Source: an uncultured Saprospiraceae bacterium (GTDB lineage: Bacteria; Bacteroidota; Bacteroidia; Chitinophagales; Saprospiraceae). From it: DNA of 64,000 nt. Position 1 is the stretch's first letter; each line of letters begins with the position of its first letter. Below the pieces are notes generated by a model. It had not been told where the DNA came from. It was given only the letters and a program-made list of their open reading frames with translations, and made no database searches. Below, one piece after another: positions 36,180 to 47,080 of the stretch. The DNA lies in contig CALGJW010000242.1 in NCBI GenBank assembly GCA_937930025.1, forward strand, positions 842-64,841, given 5' to 3'. Made by a program: the position numbers and the translations under genes.

Positions 36180-36206
36180 GAGCTTATTTCGATACAAAAT
36201 AGCTGC

Positions 36207-38771
36207 TTATTCAGGTTCAAAACCGAGAATTATCCCAAATCGCCCATATTTATTGAAAATATTTTGTCCGGCATTCGCATCAGGCACATCTTTATCAAAC
36301 CCAAGTCCATAATCAAATCCAAGTGTTCCGAACATCGGCAGAAAGACTCTAAGTCCCATACCTACCGATCGTTTCACGTCAAAAGGATTAAACTCTTTTA
36401 TACTTCTAAAGGAATTCCCTGCTTCAGCAAATGCTAACACATAAATAGTAGCACTTGGGTTCAGCGAAATTGGGTACCTCAATTCTACATTGAATTTATC
36501 ATATAGCGCTGTTTGCCCTTCTGAGTTTGTGGAAGTACGGTTATTTTCAAGATCAGAAACTTCATATCCTCTTAGTCTTATCAAATCCACACCTGTATAT
36601 CCAGCGAATTGTTGATTAGCAAAACCATCGCCTCCAAGTTGAAAACGTTCGAAGGGAACAATTCCCGCATCCTTATCATACGCTCCTAGAATTCCAACTT
36701 TAGCTTGAGCTTTTAAGACAAGCTTTCCAACGATTGTAGTGTACCATTCTGCATCAAAACGCCATTTGTGGTATTCTAAAAATTTAAATCGTTCTTGAGG
36801 TGCAGCGTCCGTTGGTATATTTCTTCCAAAGAGGGAATATGGCGGGGTAAGTTGTACAGAAAGTGAAATCGTGGATCCTTGCTTTGGAAAAATAGGATCG
36901 TTAACTGATGTCCGAGTAAATTTCTGCTGGATATTAAAGTTATAAAAACTACCGTCAGTTACTACCTCTCCTTCATCTGTGGTAAAAATTCCTCCTCCCG
37001 AAAACCAGTTTTCAAGAGATAGATTTTGAAGAGAAATAGTAGTGTTAGATATGAAGTTATCATCCGGCCATTTCAATCTTGTTCCCAGACCAATTGATGC
37101 TCCGCCAATAGTAAATTTTTGATATCCACTAGTTCCTTTCTCACCCAATGCAAAACGATTGTAGAAACCTGAAACAGTAAAGGAGTTTGGTTTTTTCTTT
37201 CCTAACCACGGTTCTGTAAAACTTACATTGTAGGATTGAAAAAATCTTCCGCTTGTTTGTGCTCTTAAAGACAATCGCTGTCCATCTCCTTGAGGTAATG
37301 GGCTCCAAGATTCTTTTTTCAAAATATTTCTCAGTGAAAAATTATTGAAAGTTACACCGAGGGTTCCAATAACCCCACGTCCTCCTCCTGCCCAACCAGC
37401 AGATAATTCTAACTGATCACTGGGGCGCTCTTCAACTTGATATTCAATATCAACAGTTCCTCTTTGTGCATTCACAGGAGTATTGATATTTAGTGTTTCT
37501 GGGTTAAAGTAACCAAGGTTAATTATTTCTCTTTGAGAACGAATAATGTCTGAGCGGCTAAATTTTTGACCAGGTCTTGTACGAATTTCTCTCAAAATAA
37601 CTTCATCATGCGTACGGTCATTCCCAGCAATTACAACACGATCGATGGTAGCCTGAGGGCCTTCAAACAAACGAAGTTCTAAGTCAATGGAATCTCCTGC
37701 TATTGACCGTTCAAGGGGATCCACCCGGAAGAATAAGTAACCATTGTCCATATACAAGGATTTGACATCTCTTCCCTCTTGACTAAATTCTAATCTAGTA
37801 CTTAAAAGCTCTGTGTTATAAACATCTCCTTTTTGAATTCCTAAAACTTCTTTCAACTGATCAGTTTCATAAATGGAATTTCCGCGCCAGGTAATATCTC
37901 TAAAATAATATCTATTTCCTTCGTTAACTGTAATGTCCAAATTAACATTGCCTTCTTTATCTCTATAGACAGAATCACTTACAATTTGTGCATCCCTATA
38001 CCCCAAAGTGTTATAATAATTAATTAAAACTTTTTTGTCATTGGCATATTCCTTCTTTATGAATTTTGAAGAGGAGAACAATTTTCTTTTCTCCTTTGTC
38101 TCTTTCATTTTCTTTTCCAACTTTCTTTCTGACACTGCAGAAATTCCTATCCAATTAATTTCTTGAATTTTTATTTTGTTCTTTTTATTAATGTCGAAAA
38201 CAAGACGAGTAGCATTTAATTTCTTCTTATCCTCAACTTCCTTGACTTTTACTTTTACATCCAGAAAACCTTTATCCTTATAAAACTTTTTAAGCGCATT
38301 TGCAGCATTTGCTTTTACATTTTCATCGACTATTCCTCCTTTGATTAAGTGTGGCTCTACTGCATCATTTAAATCATCATGCGCGGCTTTTTTGACACCA
38401 GTATACGAGTACCTGGAAAGTCTTGGTTTTTCAACCACCTTAACATTTAGAAAAATAATATTTCCGATTGTTTTTTCCTGAATGATAGAGACATCAGCAA
38501 ACAACTTGAGCTTCCAAAGTTTTTTAACAGCCTTTGGAAGTTGTGGTCCAGGAAAACGGATTACATCTCCCACCTTAAGACCGGTCACCGCAATTATCGC
38601 AACATCATCTGAGAATTCTGCTCCGGAGACCGTAAGCCCTCCTATTTCGTATTCCTTTGGTTCTAGGTTGTCCAACTTGGGGATACTATCCAATTGGGCA
38701 GAAGCCGAGGTGGCAATAAATGACCCAACCAAAAGTAAGCTTGCAATTTTTAAAAATGTAGATATCTTCAT
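36207..38771 (-). CDS. bamA: Outer membrane protein assembly factor BamA
   Basis: 854 aa. Signal peptide, POTRA-type repeats, a C-terminal Omp85 barrel (RGY...GGDG..., GLRVFLPMFGTLGFDYG), and conserved synteny immediately downstream of uppS. Confidence 0.9.
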   Translation of the reverse strand: MKISTFLKIASLLLVGSFIATSASAQLDSIPKLDNLEPKEYEIGGLTVSGAEFSDDVAIIAVTGLKVGDVIRFPGPQLPKAVKKLWKLKLFADVSIIQEKTIGNIIFLNVKVVEKPRLSRYSYTGVKKAAHDDLNDAVEPHLIKGGIVDENVKANAANALKKFYKDKGFLDVKVKVKEVEDKKKLNATRLVFDINKKNKIKIQEINWIGISAVSERKLEKKMKETKEKRKLFSSSKFIKKEYANDKKVLINYYNTLGYRDAQIVSDSVYRDKEGNVNLDITVNEGNRYYFRDITWRGNSIYETDQLKEVLGIQKGDVYNTELLSTRLEFSQEGRDVKSLYMDNGYLFFRVDPLERSIAGDSIDLELRLFEGPQATIDRVVIAGNDRTHDEVILREIRTRPGQKFSRSDIIRSQREIINLGYFNPETLNINTPVNAQRGTVDIEYQVEERPSDQLELSAGWAGGGRGVIGTLGVTFNNFSLRNILKKESWSPLPQGDGQRLSLRAQTSGRFFQSYNVSFTEPWLGKKKPNSFTVSGFYNRFALGEKGTSGYQKFTIGGASIGLGTRLKWPDDNFISNTTISLQNLSLENWFSGGGIFTTDEGEVVTDGSFYNFNIQQKFTRTSVNDPIFPKQGSTISLSVQLTPPYSLFGRNIPTDAAPQERFKFLEYHKWRFDAEWYTTIVGKLVLKAQAKVGILGAYDKDAGIVPFERFQLGGDGFANQQFAGYTGVDLIRLRGYEVSDLENNRTSTNSEGQTALYDKFNVELRYPISLNPSATIYVLAFAEAGNSFRSIKEFNPFDVKRSVGMGLRVFLPMFGTLGFDYGLGFDKDVPDANAGQNIFNKYGRFGIILGFEPE

Positions 38772-38816
38772 AATCCAATCAATTGATCTTCTTCAAACTA
38801 AGATCAGGGTGTAGTA

Positions 38817-39560
38817 TTAGTTTATTATTTGCTCACTTGTTTTACCAAATCTTCTTTCTCGGTTTTGATAATCCAAAATGGCTTTATAAAGGCTTTCTTT
38901 TTTGAAATCAGGCCAAAATTCGGCTGTAAAGTAAAATTCCGAATAAGCTAGTTGCCAAAGTAAAAAGTTACTCAATCGTGTTTCTCCGCTGGTTCTTATT
39001 AACAATTCAGGGTCAGGAATTCCAGCAGTTGTTAAGGCGTTGGAAAACATTTCTTCATCAATATCATCTGGATTCAACTTACCAGACTTAGAATCCTTCG
39101 CCAATTGCTTCGCGGCCTCCAATATTTCCCATTTTCCACTATAGTTAAGCGCTAAAACCAGTGTCATCCTTTGATTATCCTTAGTTTTTTCTATCCCATC
39201 TAGTAGTGCCTTATGCGTCCTTTTTGGCAACTTTGATAAATCACCAATTGCTTTAAGACGAATATTGTTTTTCATAAGTGTATCAACCTCTTTCCCTAGC
39301 GTTTCAACCAAAAGTGTCATTAAGGCATTTACTTCTAACGCCGGTCGGTTCCAATTTTCAGTAGAAAAGGCGTAAAGTGTCAAGTACTCCACCCCTAATT
39401 CAGCAGCAGCCTCTGTACATTCCCTAACGGACTGAACGCCATTTCGATGCCCAAACACACGATGTTTACCGTGTTGTTTAGCCCAGCGCCCATTGCCATC
39501 CATTATGATTGCAATGTGCTTTGGCAAACGTTCCGTATTAATGAGGGACTTAGAATCCAT
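38817..39560 (-). CDS. uppS: Isoprenyl transferase (undecaprenyl-diphosphate synthase)
   Basis: HIAIIMDGNGRWAK, FSTENWNRP, IRTSGETRLSNFLLWQLAYSEF. Confidence 0.92.
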   Translation of the reverse strand: MDSKSLINTERLPKHIAIIMDGNGRWAKQHGKHRVFGHRNGVQSVRECTEAAAELGVEYLTLYAFSTENWNRPALEVNALMTLLVETLGKEVDTLMKNNIRLKAIGDLSKLPKRTHKALLDGIEKTKDNQRMTLVLALNYSGKWEILEAAKQLAKDSKSGKLNPDDIDEEMFSNALTTAGIPDPELLIRTSGETRLSNFLLWQLAYSEFYFTAEFWPDFKKESLYKAILDYQNRERRFGKTSEQIIN

Positions 39561-39826
39561 TTTTTACTTCTACTTTCATGTCTATCGACCTTCCAACAAG
39601 AACTCTTTTGATCCTGCACTATACAAAGGAGTATCAATGCTTCTTCTACGTTGGTCGGCACTAAAAAAAAGTTGGACAAAGGTACGCAAAAGAGTGTCAA
39701 AATCTAGATATGCGGTGTTGCTTTGCCAGAATGTCCTGTCAGAATCAGCTTTCACAGTTAAATCACTAAAAAGGCCTTAACCTTTCCTATACCCTCGGTT
39801 GTACCACATAGCCTCCTGAAGACTAA

Positions 39827-39842
39827 TAGATTTGTATTTTTG
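39827..39842 (+). promoter_or_regulatory. Two adjacent TAnnTTTG-type -7 box candidates upstream of the M3 peptidase gene
   Basis: TAGATTTG (39827-39834) and TATTTTTG (39835-39842), 20-35 nt upstream of ATG 39862. No well-spaced -33 TTG. Confidence 0.3.
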
Positions 39843-39861
39843 AGCTCAAACAATTGAGGCA

Positions 39862-41556
39862 ATGACATTTTCACAATACAATTACGATCGACCTTCTTTA
39901 ACAGTTCTTAAGGCGGAATTCGAACAGGCTATTCAAGACTTTAAGAAAGCAGAAAGTATACATACACTGAATGAATTAATCAAGAAAATTGATGCTCTAC
40001 GAAAGGATTATTCTACAATGTATAATTTGTGTTTAATAAGGCATTCAATTGACACCAATGACGCCTTTTATGAAGCGGAAAACAAATATTTCGACGAGAT
40101 TGGACCCACCTACGAAGAATTGAACACAAATTTTTATAAAGCGCTTGTTGACAGCCCTTTTCGAAATCAGTTATCTGAAAGATGGGGGGAACATTTGTTC
40201 ACTATAGCGGAATTATCTCTGAAGACATTCGAACCAAGCATCATGAATCTTCTTAAAAAGGAGAATGAACTCAAGTCTGCATATAATAAAGAAAAAGCCA
40301 ACGCTAAAATAGAATTCCAAAACAAGCAATATAACATTAGCTCTATTACCCCATTGCTAGAAGATCCGAATCGATCCATCAGGGAAGGAGCCTTTAGAGC
40401 ATTTTGGAAATATTTTGACGATGCATCAGTGTTTAACGAAAAATGCTTTGATGACCTTGTTAAAACCAGGCATCAAATGGCTTTGGATCTTGGCTATGAT
40501 AACTTTATCCAGATGGGATACACCAGAATGCTGCGTTCTGACTACACGCCAGAAATGGTAGCAAGTTTTCGCAAACAGATTTTGGATGAAGTTGTTCCAT
40601 TGGCAACAGAATTGTATAAACGACAACAAAATCGTTTGGGACTGGATAGTTTTAAGATCTGGGATAATGATTTTAAATTTAAGACTGGAAATCCTAACCC
40701 CAAAGGAGATAGTAAATGGATAGTTGAAAAGGCAGGCATTATGTACGATGAATTATCCAAAGAGACAAAGGAATTTTTCAGCTTCATGCAGCAAGAAGAA
40801 TTAATGGATCTGGATAGTAGAGATGGAAAGTCCCCTGGAGGTTATTGCACTTTTATCGATCAACACAAAGCTCCTTTTATCTTTTCTAACTTCAATGGAA
40901 CAAGGGGTGATATCGATGTATTAACGCATGAAGCAGGTCACGCCTTTCAAGTTTATTCCTCAAGAGAACTAGGGCTCTCAGAGTATCTTTGGCCTACTTA
41001 TGAAGCCTGCGAAATACATTCTATGAGCATGGAGTTTTTTACGTGGCCTTGGATGAAATTGTTTTTTGAAGAGGATGTAGACAAGTATTTCTTTGCTCAT
41101 TTGGCCGGCGCTATTCAATTTCTCCCATATGGGGTAGCCGTGGACGAATTCCAACATGAGGTATACTTGCATCCGGAAATGACTACAGCCGAAAGAAATT
41201 TATGTTGGAGAAAGATTGAAAAAAAGTATCTACCGCATCGTGATTATGCCGGTATAAAATTCTTGGAAGATGGAGGTTTTTGGCAAAAACAATCGCATAT
41301 TTTTTCTTCTCCCTTTTATTACATAGACTATACCCTTGCTCAAATATGTGCTTTTCAGTTTTGGAAAAAAGACCATGAAAACCATGGGCAAGCTTGGAGT
41401 GATTATGTTAATCTTTGTCAGAAAGGAGGGCAATATTCTTTTTTGAAGTTGGTAGAAATAGCTAACCTAGATTCTCCGTTTAAAGAGGGAGTTGTCCATT
41501 CGTTAGTCGTAAAAATCAAGGAATGGCTCGAAAAAATTGATGATTCTACCTTTTAA
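39862..41556 (+). CDS. M3-family oligoendopeptidase (PepF-like)
   Basis: 564 aa. Zinc site VLTHEAGHAFQ with a downstream E (EIHSMSMEF). Confidence 0.85.
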   Translation: MTFSQYNYDRPSLTVLKAEFEQAIQDFKKAESIHTLNELIKKIDALRKDYSTMYNLCLIRHSIDTNDAFYEAENKYFDEIGPTYEELNTNFYKALVDSPFRNQLSERWGEHLFTIAELSLKTFEPSIMNLLKKENELKSAYNKEKANAKIEFQNKQYNISSITPLLEDPNRSIREGAFRAFWKYFDDASVFNEKCFDDLVKTRHQMALDLGYDNFIQMGYTRMLRSDYTPEMVASFRKQILDEVVPLATELYKRQQNRLGLDSFKIWDNDFKFKTGNPNPKGDSKWIVEKAGIMYDELSKETKEFFSFMQQEELMDLDSRDGKSPGGYCTFIDQHKAPFIFSNFNGTRGDIDVLTHEAGHAFQVYSSRELGLSEYLWPTYEACEIHSMSMEFFTWPWMKLFFEEDVDKYFFAHLAGAIQFLPYGVAVDEFQHEVYLHPEMTTAERNLCWRKIEKKYLPHRDYAGIKFLEDGGFWQKQSHIFSSPFYYIDYTLAQICAFQFWKKDHENHGQAWSDYVNLCQKGGQYSFLKLVEIANLDSPFKEGVVHSLVVKIKEWLEKIDDSTF

Positions 41557-41572
41557 TTTCGATACTAGTAGC

Positions 41573-42070
41573 ATGAAAAATCTAATCTTTCTTATCGCCA
41601 TCAGTTCAATTTTATTTTCTAGCTGTAGCTTAAGTCCTTGTGGCTTTTCTAAAGATCAATTTGTTCAAAAACACCAAGATCTTGTAAATGAAGCAAAGAA
41701 AAACAAGAAAAGGTGGACTGACATAGACTGGGAATCTAGAGATGAGAACATGAAGAAAATGGTAGAGGACTGCTATGAAAATTATGAGGAGGAAATGTCA
41801 GGAAAAGAGATCGGAAAATTTTGGGCTGGTACAACTGCTTATTATTTCAATAGACATGGTAAAAACTTCATCAGAGAGCTAAAAAGATCAGAAAAAGATA
41901 TATCCAAGGCTATTGAAGAAGGTTTAGGGTCACTTGATGAAAACAAAGGAGAATTGCTAAAAGAATGGCTTAAAGAAAATGTTGGAGGCGATATAAAGGA
42001 GAGTATGAACGAATTAGGGGACGACATCAAAGACTTAGGAAAGGAAATTGAACAATGGCTCAATGAATAA
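41573..42070 (+). CDS. Hypothetical Lys/Glu-rich lipoprotein
   Basis: ATG at 41573 gives MKNLIFLIAISSILFSSCSLS (lipobox). The longer track ORF begins inside the previous gene. Confidence 0.55.
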   Translation: MKNLIFLIAISSILFSSCSLSPCGFSKDQFVQKHQDLVNEAKKNKKRWTDIDWESRDENMKKMVEDCYENYEEEMSGKEIGKFWAGTTAYYFNRHGKNFIRELKRSEKDISKAIEEGLGSLDENKGELLKEWLKENVGGDIKESMNELGDDIKDLGKEIEQWLNE

Positions 42071-42122
42071 TCTTTGTCCATTTAATGGTTAAAGTGTAAT
42101 TTGCAGCACATTTGATCTCTAT

Positions 42123-43205
42123 ATGTTTGACATTATACTCAGTTTTTTAACTTCGTTTTTACTTACATTTTTTGCCATTCCATCGATTATTCATGTGGCA
42201 AAGGTCAAACATTTGATGGATGATCCGGGGGAGCGAAGAGCGCATTCCGAAAGTACACCTTCTTTAGGCGGCATTGGAATTTTTGCTGGCGTCCTGTTCG
42301 CTATTATACTTTGGACACCTTTTGATCATTTTCAAGGTTTGCAATATATTCTTTGCGCATTCATCATCATTTTTCTAATAGGCGCAAAAGATGATATCCT
42401 GCCAATCGAGCCCTATAAAAAAATTGTCGGCGAGATTATAGCCGCGCTCATACTAATTTTTAAGTCGAATGTTAAAATAACCAGCTTTTATGGCCTGTTT
42501 GGCATTCAAGAACTTCCGGAATGGTTCGCTGTGCTCTTTTCCTGCTTCGTGATACTTGTAATTATCAACGCTTTTAATCTAATTGATGGGATCAATGGAT
42601 TAACAGGCGCCATTGGATCATTGCTTTGCGTTTGTTTTGGAACCTGGTTTTTCTTAGTTGGAAGGATCGAATTGGCTATTGTTGGATTCGCATTAGTGGG
42701 CGCTCTTATGGCTTTTTTGAAATACAATATCTCGCCTGCCAAAATATTTATGGGTGATACGGGTTCTTTATTAACTGGACTAATCTGTAGTATTCTTGCC
42801 ATCAAATTCTTGGAGGTTCACCTTAGTGGTCCAAGCACGATATATAACTTTAGCTCCACTCCTGCTGTGGTTGTTGGCTTCTTAATTATTCCATTGTTTG
42901 ACACTATTCGTGTTTTTATCATGCGAGTTATACGAGGAAGATCACCATTCCAACCGGACAGAAACCATATTCATCACCTACTAATTGACTATGGCCTAAG
43001 TCATTCAAAAGCGACACTAGTTTTGCTTGGAGTAAACATTGCTTTCATAGCCATTGCCTACCAATTGCAAAACATTGGAACATTCCCGCTTCTTCTAGTA
43101 ATTATAGCAGTTGCTACATTTTTAACTGCGATTCTTTTCTTCACTGTTAGGAAAAAAAGAATTGACAAAGCAGCTGCACTTAAAAAACAAAAACTAGAAT
43201 TCTAA
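42123..43205 (+). CDS. Glycosyltransferase family 4 (MraY/WecA-type polyprenyl-phosphate sugar-1-phosphate transferase)
   Basis: Polytopic membrane protein with GAKDDI, NLIDGINGL and FMGDTGS motifs. Confidence 0.85.
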   Translation: MFDIILSFLTSFLLTFFAIPSIIHVAKVKHLMDDPGERRAHSESTPSLGGIGIFAGVLFAIILWTPFDHFQGLQYILCAFIIIFLIGAKDDILPIEPYKKIVGEIIAALILIFKSNVKITSFYGLFGIQELPEWFAVLFSCFVILVIINAFNLIDGINGLTGAIGSLLCVCFGTWFFLVGRIELAIVGFALVGALMAFLKYNISPAKIFMGDTGSLLTGLICSILAIKFLEVHLSGPSTIYNFSSTPAVVVGFLIIPLFDTIRVFIMRVIRGRSPFQPDRNHIHHLLIDYGLSHSKATLVLLGVNIAFIAIAYQLQNIGTFPLLLVIIAVATFLTAILFFTVRKKRIDKAAALKKQKLEF

Positions 43206-43573
43206 TGAAATCTATACTTTTAGTTTTTCTGGGAGGAGGGCTTGGAACGATATGTCGATTTGGTTTAGCAAAATATTTTAATCCTGACACACTGCATGGA
43301 TTTCCATGGGGAACTTTCTTGGCAAATACAATCGCTTGTTGCTTACTCGGTTACTTTGTTGCTCAATTAGCGAAACCAGAATTAAATGCATTTTACCCTT
43401 TGCTATTAATGACAGGATTTTGTGGAGGCTTTTCAACATTTTCTACCTTCGCGCTAGAAAACTATAATTTATTTTCAACCGGAAATTATGGTACTGCTCT
43501 TCTCTATACGGGTGTTAGCATGATACTCGGATTAGGAGCGGTATTTATAGGAATAAAAATAGGACATCTCTAA
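43205..43573 (+). CDS. crcB: Fluoride ion channel CrcB/Fluc
   Basis: 122 aa, four TM helices, GGGLGTICRF and GFCGGFSTFSTF motifs. The start overlaps the upstream stop (TAATG). Confidence 0.85.
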   Translation: MKSILLVFLGGGLGTICRFGLAKYFNPDTLHGFPWGTFLANTIACCLLGYFVAQLAKPELNAFYPLLLMTGFCGGFSTFSTFALENYNLFSTGNYGTALLYTGVSMILGLGAVFIGIKIGHL

Positions 43574-43591
43574 ATAAGTTAAATTTAACCA

Positions 43592-44530
43592 ATGGAACTC
43601 GATAAAGAACTTATAGCGAAACTCAAGCTATTGGAAGATAAATATGAAGCCATGGGGCAAGACATGGAGTCTTATCTCACGGGTTTACTTCATGCTGATT
43701 ATTTAACGTACTGGGACTATATACATCTTGATACTTTACTTAGTCTTCAAACTCCAAAAACTAGAATTCCTGATGAAGAAATATTCATCATTTATCATCA
43801 GATCACTGAGCTATACTTCAAGTTAATTCTTAAAGCAATAAAGCAACTAACTAAAACTGAAAAACCTACCGCTGCTTTAGCCAAAAGACAAATGCAGCGA
43901 GTGAGCAGTTATTTCAACCATTTAGTGAATTCATTTGATGTAATGGTGGAAGGAATGGATAAGGACGAATTCTTGAAATTTAGAATGAGTCTGTTGCCTG
44001 CTAGTGGCTTTCAATCTGCTCAATATCGAGAAATAGAAATAGTTAGTACTAACCTGTATCAACTTACTCATTTTTCCAAAAGAGAAAACTATGACGACAA
44101 CAAAGATATTGATACTCGGATAGAAAATCTTTATTGGAAAAGTGGCGCGACGGAATTAGCCACAGGAAAGAAAACACTTACCCTTCGACAATTTGAAGAA
44201 AAGTATAAAGCCAAATTTATCCGCCTAGCAAAGAAAATGGAAGGGCAAAATCTTCAGGCGTTCTTTAAAAAATATCCTCAGTTTCTTACAGAGGAACCTG
44301 ATTTGAAAAACTTGCTGCGAGAATTGGATCTTAACGCAAATGTTAGGTGGCCATTAGCACATTTCAAATCTGCTATGAGGTATCTAGATCGAAAACCAGC
44401 ACATATTGAAGCCACAGGTGGAACCAACTGGCAGAAATACCTGCCTCCTAAGAACCAACGAGTTATATTTTTTCCAGAGCTATGGACCGCTGAAGAGCTG
44501 GATGCTTGGGGGACAACTCAGTTTCAATAA
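43592..44530 (+). CDS. Tryptophan 2,3-dioxygenase family protein
   Basis: YWDYIHLDTLLSLQTPKT...DEEIFIIYHQITELYFKLIL matches the TDO signature Y.dYl.LD.LLs.Q.P...DE..FI..HQ..EL.FKL. Confidence 0.75.
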   Translation: MELDKELIAKLKLLEDKYEAMGQDMESYLTGLLHADYLTYWDYIHLDTLLSLQTPKTRIPDEEIFIIYHQITELYFKLILKAIKQLTKTEKPTAALAKRQMQRVSSYFNHLVNSFDVMVEGMDKDEFLKFRMSLLPASGFQSAQYREIEIVSTNLYQLTHFSKRENYDDNKDIDTRIENLYWKSGATELATGKKTLTLRQFEEKYKAKFIRLAKKMEGQNLQAFFKKYPQFLTEEPDLKNLLRELDLNANVRWPLAHFKSAMRYLDRKPAHIEATGGTNWQKYLPPKNQRVIFFPELWTAEELDAWGTTQFQ

Positions 44531-44719
44531 ACAGCAAAAGACTTGGTTTTGATCAAATTTCAAATATAATTAACTCAAAATATTTTTCTCAGAGAAAACG
44601 AGAACAGTTATTCTTACGTTAGAGTTAAAACTTTGCTGAGAAACATTAAACGGAACTAGCCAGGATTACTAAAAAGTCTTCGAACAACTTTTATTGAACT
44701 TGTAAATAAAGAAATAGAA

Positions 44720-45862
44720 ATGTCAAACCAATCAGTCAAGTCCATACACATGGTGGATACCCATGGGCAATATCTCAAAATCAAAACGGCTGTTGACAAT
44801 GCTGTGCTTGAAGTAATAAACTCTACACAATTTATTGGAGGAGCAAAGGTTAAGAGCTTTCAAGAAAACTTAGAAAAATATCTTGGAGTCAATCATGTTA
44901 TTCCTTGCGGCAATGGTACTGATGCCCTTCAGATTGCATTGATGGCACTTGGCCTTAAACCTGGTGATGAAGTTTTAGTACCTGCATTTACTTATGTAGC
45001 CACTGCTGAAGTCATTGCCTTGCTAAACTTAAAGCCCATTATGGTTGACGTGGAACTTGACTCATTTAATATTGATCCAGCAGTTTTAGAAGCGGCTCTT
45101 TCGTCTAAAACCAAAGCCATTGTCCCTGTGCACCTATACGGTCAATCAGCAGACATGGATGCAATAATGAAATTTGCAAACAAACATAATCTTTTTGTTG
45201 TCGAAGACAATGCACAAGCAATTGGAAGTACATATACTTTTCCTGATGGACGAAAACAAAAAGCAGGTACAATTGGCCACATTGGTTGTACTTCCTTTTA
45301 TCCCTCTAAAAATTTAGGCGCTTATGGTGATGGCGGTGCTATTATGTGCAACGATTCTGAATTAGCTAATAGGATAAAAATGATAGCCAACCATGGACAG
45401 TCAAAACGATACTACCACGATATAGTTGGTGTAAATTCGCGACTGGATGCAATTCAAGCAGCTATTTTAGATATCAAACTTGCCAAACTAGATGATTACG
45501 CTGCTGCTAGAAATAATGCTGCTGATCACTACGATAAAGCTTTCGCTGACATTAATGAATTAAAAGTTCCTGTTCGTTCTTCTTTTTCTGACCATGTATT
45601 TCATCAATATACTTTAAGAGTCATGAATGGAAAAAGAAATGAATTAAAAGAATACTTAGCTGCAGAAGGAATTCCTTCAATGATCTACTATCCTCTTCCT
45701 CTATATGAACAAAAGGCATATGCTGAACATTGGGAGTCCAGCAATAAACTAGCGGCCACAGAAGAACTTTGCAACCAAGTAATTTCTCTACCAATTCATA
45801 CTGAAATGAATGAAGAAATTCTTGCGCACATATCTAATAAGGTCTCTGCTTTTTTTAATTAA
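44720..45862 (+). CDS. DegT/DnrJ/EryC1/StrS-family PLP-dependent sugar aminotransferase
   Basis: GNGTDALQIAL, VPAFTYVATAE, VVEDNAQAIGS, SFYPSKNLGAYGDGGA (PLP lysine). Confidence 0.9.
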   Translation: MSNQSVKSIHMVDTHGQYLKIKTAVDNAVLEVINSTQFIGGAKVKSFQENLEKYLGVNHVIPCGNGTDALQIALMALGLKPGDEVLVPAFTYVATAEVIALLNLKPIMVDVELDSFNIDPAVLEAALSSKTKAIVPVHLYGQSADMDAIMKFANKHNLFVVEDNAQAIGSTYTFPDGRKQKAGTIGHIGCTSFYPSKNLGAYGDGGAIMCNDSELANRIKMIANHGQSKRYYHDIVGVNSRLDAIQAAILDIKLAKLDDYAAARNNAADHYDKAFADINELKVPVRSSFSDHVFHQYTLRVMNGKRNELKEYLAAEGIPSMIYYPLPLYEQKAYAEHWESSNKLAATEELCNQVISLPIHTEMNEEILAHISNKVSAFFN

Positions 45863-45865
45863 ATT

Positions 45866-47080
45866 TTGAATACTCAATGCGCCTATATAAACTTAGACGT
45901 GATGCCTCCCAAAGGCATTCCATTGTCAGGACTTTTTCACCGAAATCCTAAGTCTAGTTATATTGGAATTCAGGAGTGCAGAATGAAAATAGTTTGGCTT
46001 TCCACTTCCGAAAAAGAATCATTAGTTTTCCTTCTCGCTGACTATTTATTTTTTCCAGACAAGCTTGCAAATCTTTGTTATAAATTACTCGAAGAAAAGT
46101 ACAATGTGCCAAGGTCCAATGTTGTTTTCGCTGGAACACATAATCATTCCGGTCCAGCATTGGGATTTCTTCCTTGGGAGTCCGAACAACCAAATTATTT
46201 GAAGGAAGTTTTTGAAAAAATTAAAACTTCTATTCCTTCCTTAAAGTCAAATTTACAACCAGCTAAGTTATCCATTGGAAATGCGGTTGTAAAAAACATC
46301 AATATTAATCGAAGGAAACCCATTAGGCACTGGAGAAGATTTTTCAAACAAATAGCCTTTATGCTGCCCAACGCAAATGGGCCTGTCAACAAACTCGTTA
46401 GAGGTGTAAAAATAGAACTAGAATCTTCCAAGAATTTGTTGCTACTTTCTTTTGCTTCGCATCCGGTTTTTAATCGAACATTAAAAATCTCGTCTGATTA
46501 TCCTGGCTTGCTTTCAGCACGCTTAATTGAAAACTCGATAGCGGACGAAGTGCTTGTATTTCAAGGTTTTGGAGGAGACATCCGTCCAAACTACCAAGGA
46601 CGAAAAGAAGTATATCATCAATTTAAAGCTTTGTTTTATGGAAAGGATTTTGCAGATTACAAACCAGCACACTCAGAACATTTTGTTGATCAATTAAGCT
46701 CAGCCGTTCAAAACATTTCTTGGGAAGCTTTACATAAAGAAAAAGCAATCAGCATTTCAACGAAAGAAATAACGCTCCGAACCAAATCAAAGTTGACAAA
46801 AAGTAAACTTATTGTTCGAAAAATAGACCTTTCAAAAAAACTAAATTTCATTACAGCAAATGCAGAAATGTTTGTTCAATATGAAAATGGTTTACCCAAT
46901 ACCTGTTTTCCTATCAGCTGTTTAAGCCACTGTATTGGATATGTTCCAGCGGTTGAGGATTTGCCGCTAGGAGGATATGAAGTTGATGAAGCTCCTTTAA
47001 ATAACAACTTGGACGGAGCGTATTGCGAGGAAGATGTTCTTAAGGTTGAAAGTGCAATGAAAGAAATAATTACTAGTTAA
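45866..47080 (+). CDS. Hypothetical protein, possibly neutral/alkaline ceramidase-like N-terminal domain
   Basis: DVMPPKGIPLSG near the N-terminus and AGTHNHSGPA resemble the ceramidase-family pattern (diTPP.G.pmaGY and tHTHSGP). TTG start. The assignment is weak. Confidence 0.4.
   Translation: MNTQCAYINLDVMPPKGIPLSGLFHRNPKSSYIGIQECRMKIVWLSTSEKESLVFLLADYLFFPDKLANLCYKLLEEKYNVPRSNVVFAGTHNHSGPALGFLPWESEQPNYLKEVFEKIKTSIPSLKSNLQPAKLSIGNAVVKNININRRKPIRHWRRFFKQIAFMLPNANGPVNKLVRGVKIELESSKNLLLLSFASHPVFNRTLKISSDYPGLLSARLIENSIADEVLVFQGFGGDIRPNYQGRKEVYHQFKALFYGKDFADYKPAHSEHFVDQLSSAVQNISWEALHKEKAISISTKEITLRTKSKLTKSKLIVRKIDLSKKLNFITANAEMFVQYENGLPNTCFPISCLSHCIGYVPAVEDLPLGGYEVDEAPLNNNLDGAYCEEDVLKVESAMKEIITS

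Noticed and set aside
39493-39780. ORFs or an ncRNA in the 301-bp uppS / M3-peptidase intergenic region
   Set aside because: The ORFs (39493..39780 and 39503..39700) overlap the uppS 5' end and have no motifs. I found no convincing conserved RNA structure, only promoter-like TAnnTTTG boxes.
43100-43210. Fluoride riboswitch upstream of crcB
   Set aside because: The crcB start overlaps the stop of the preceding transferase gene (TAATG), so there is no leader that could hold a riboswitch.
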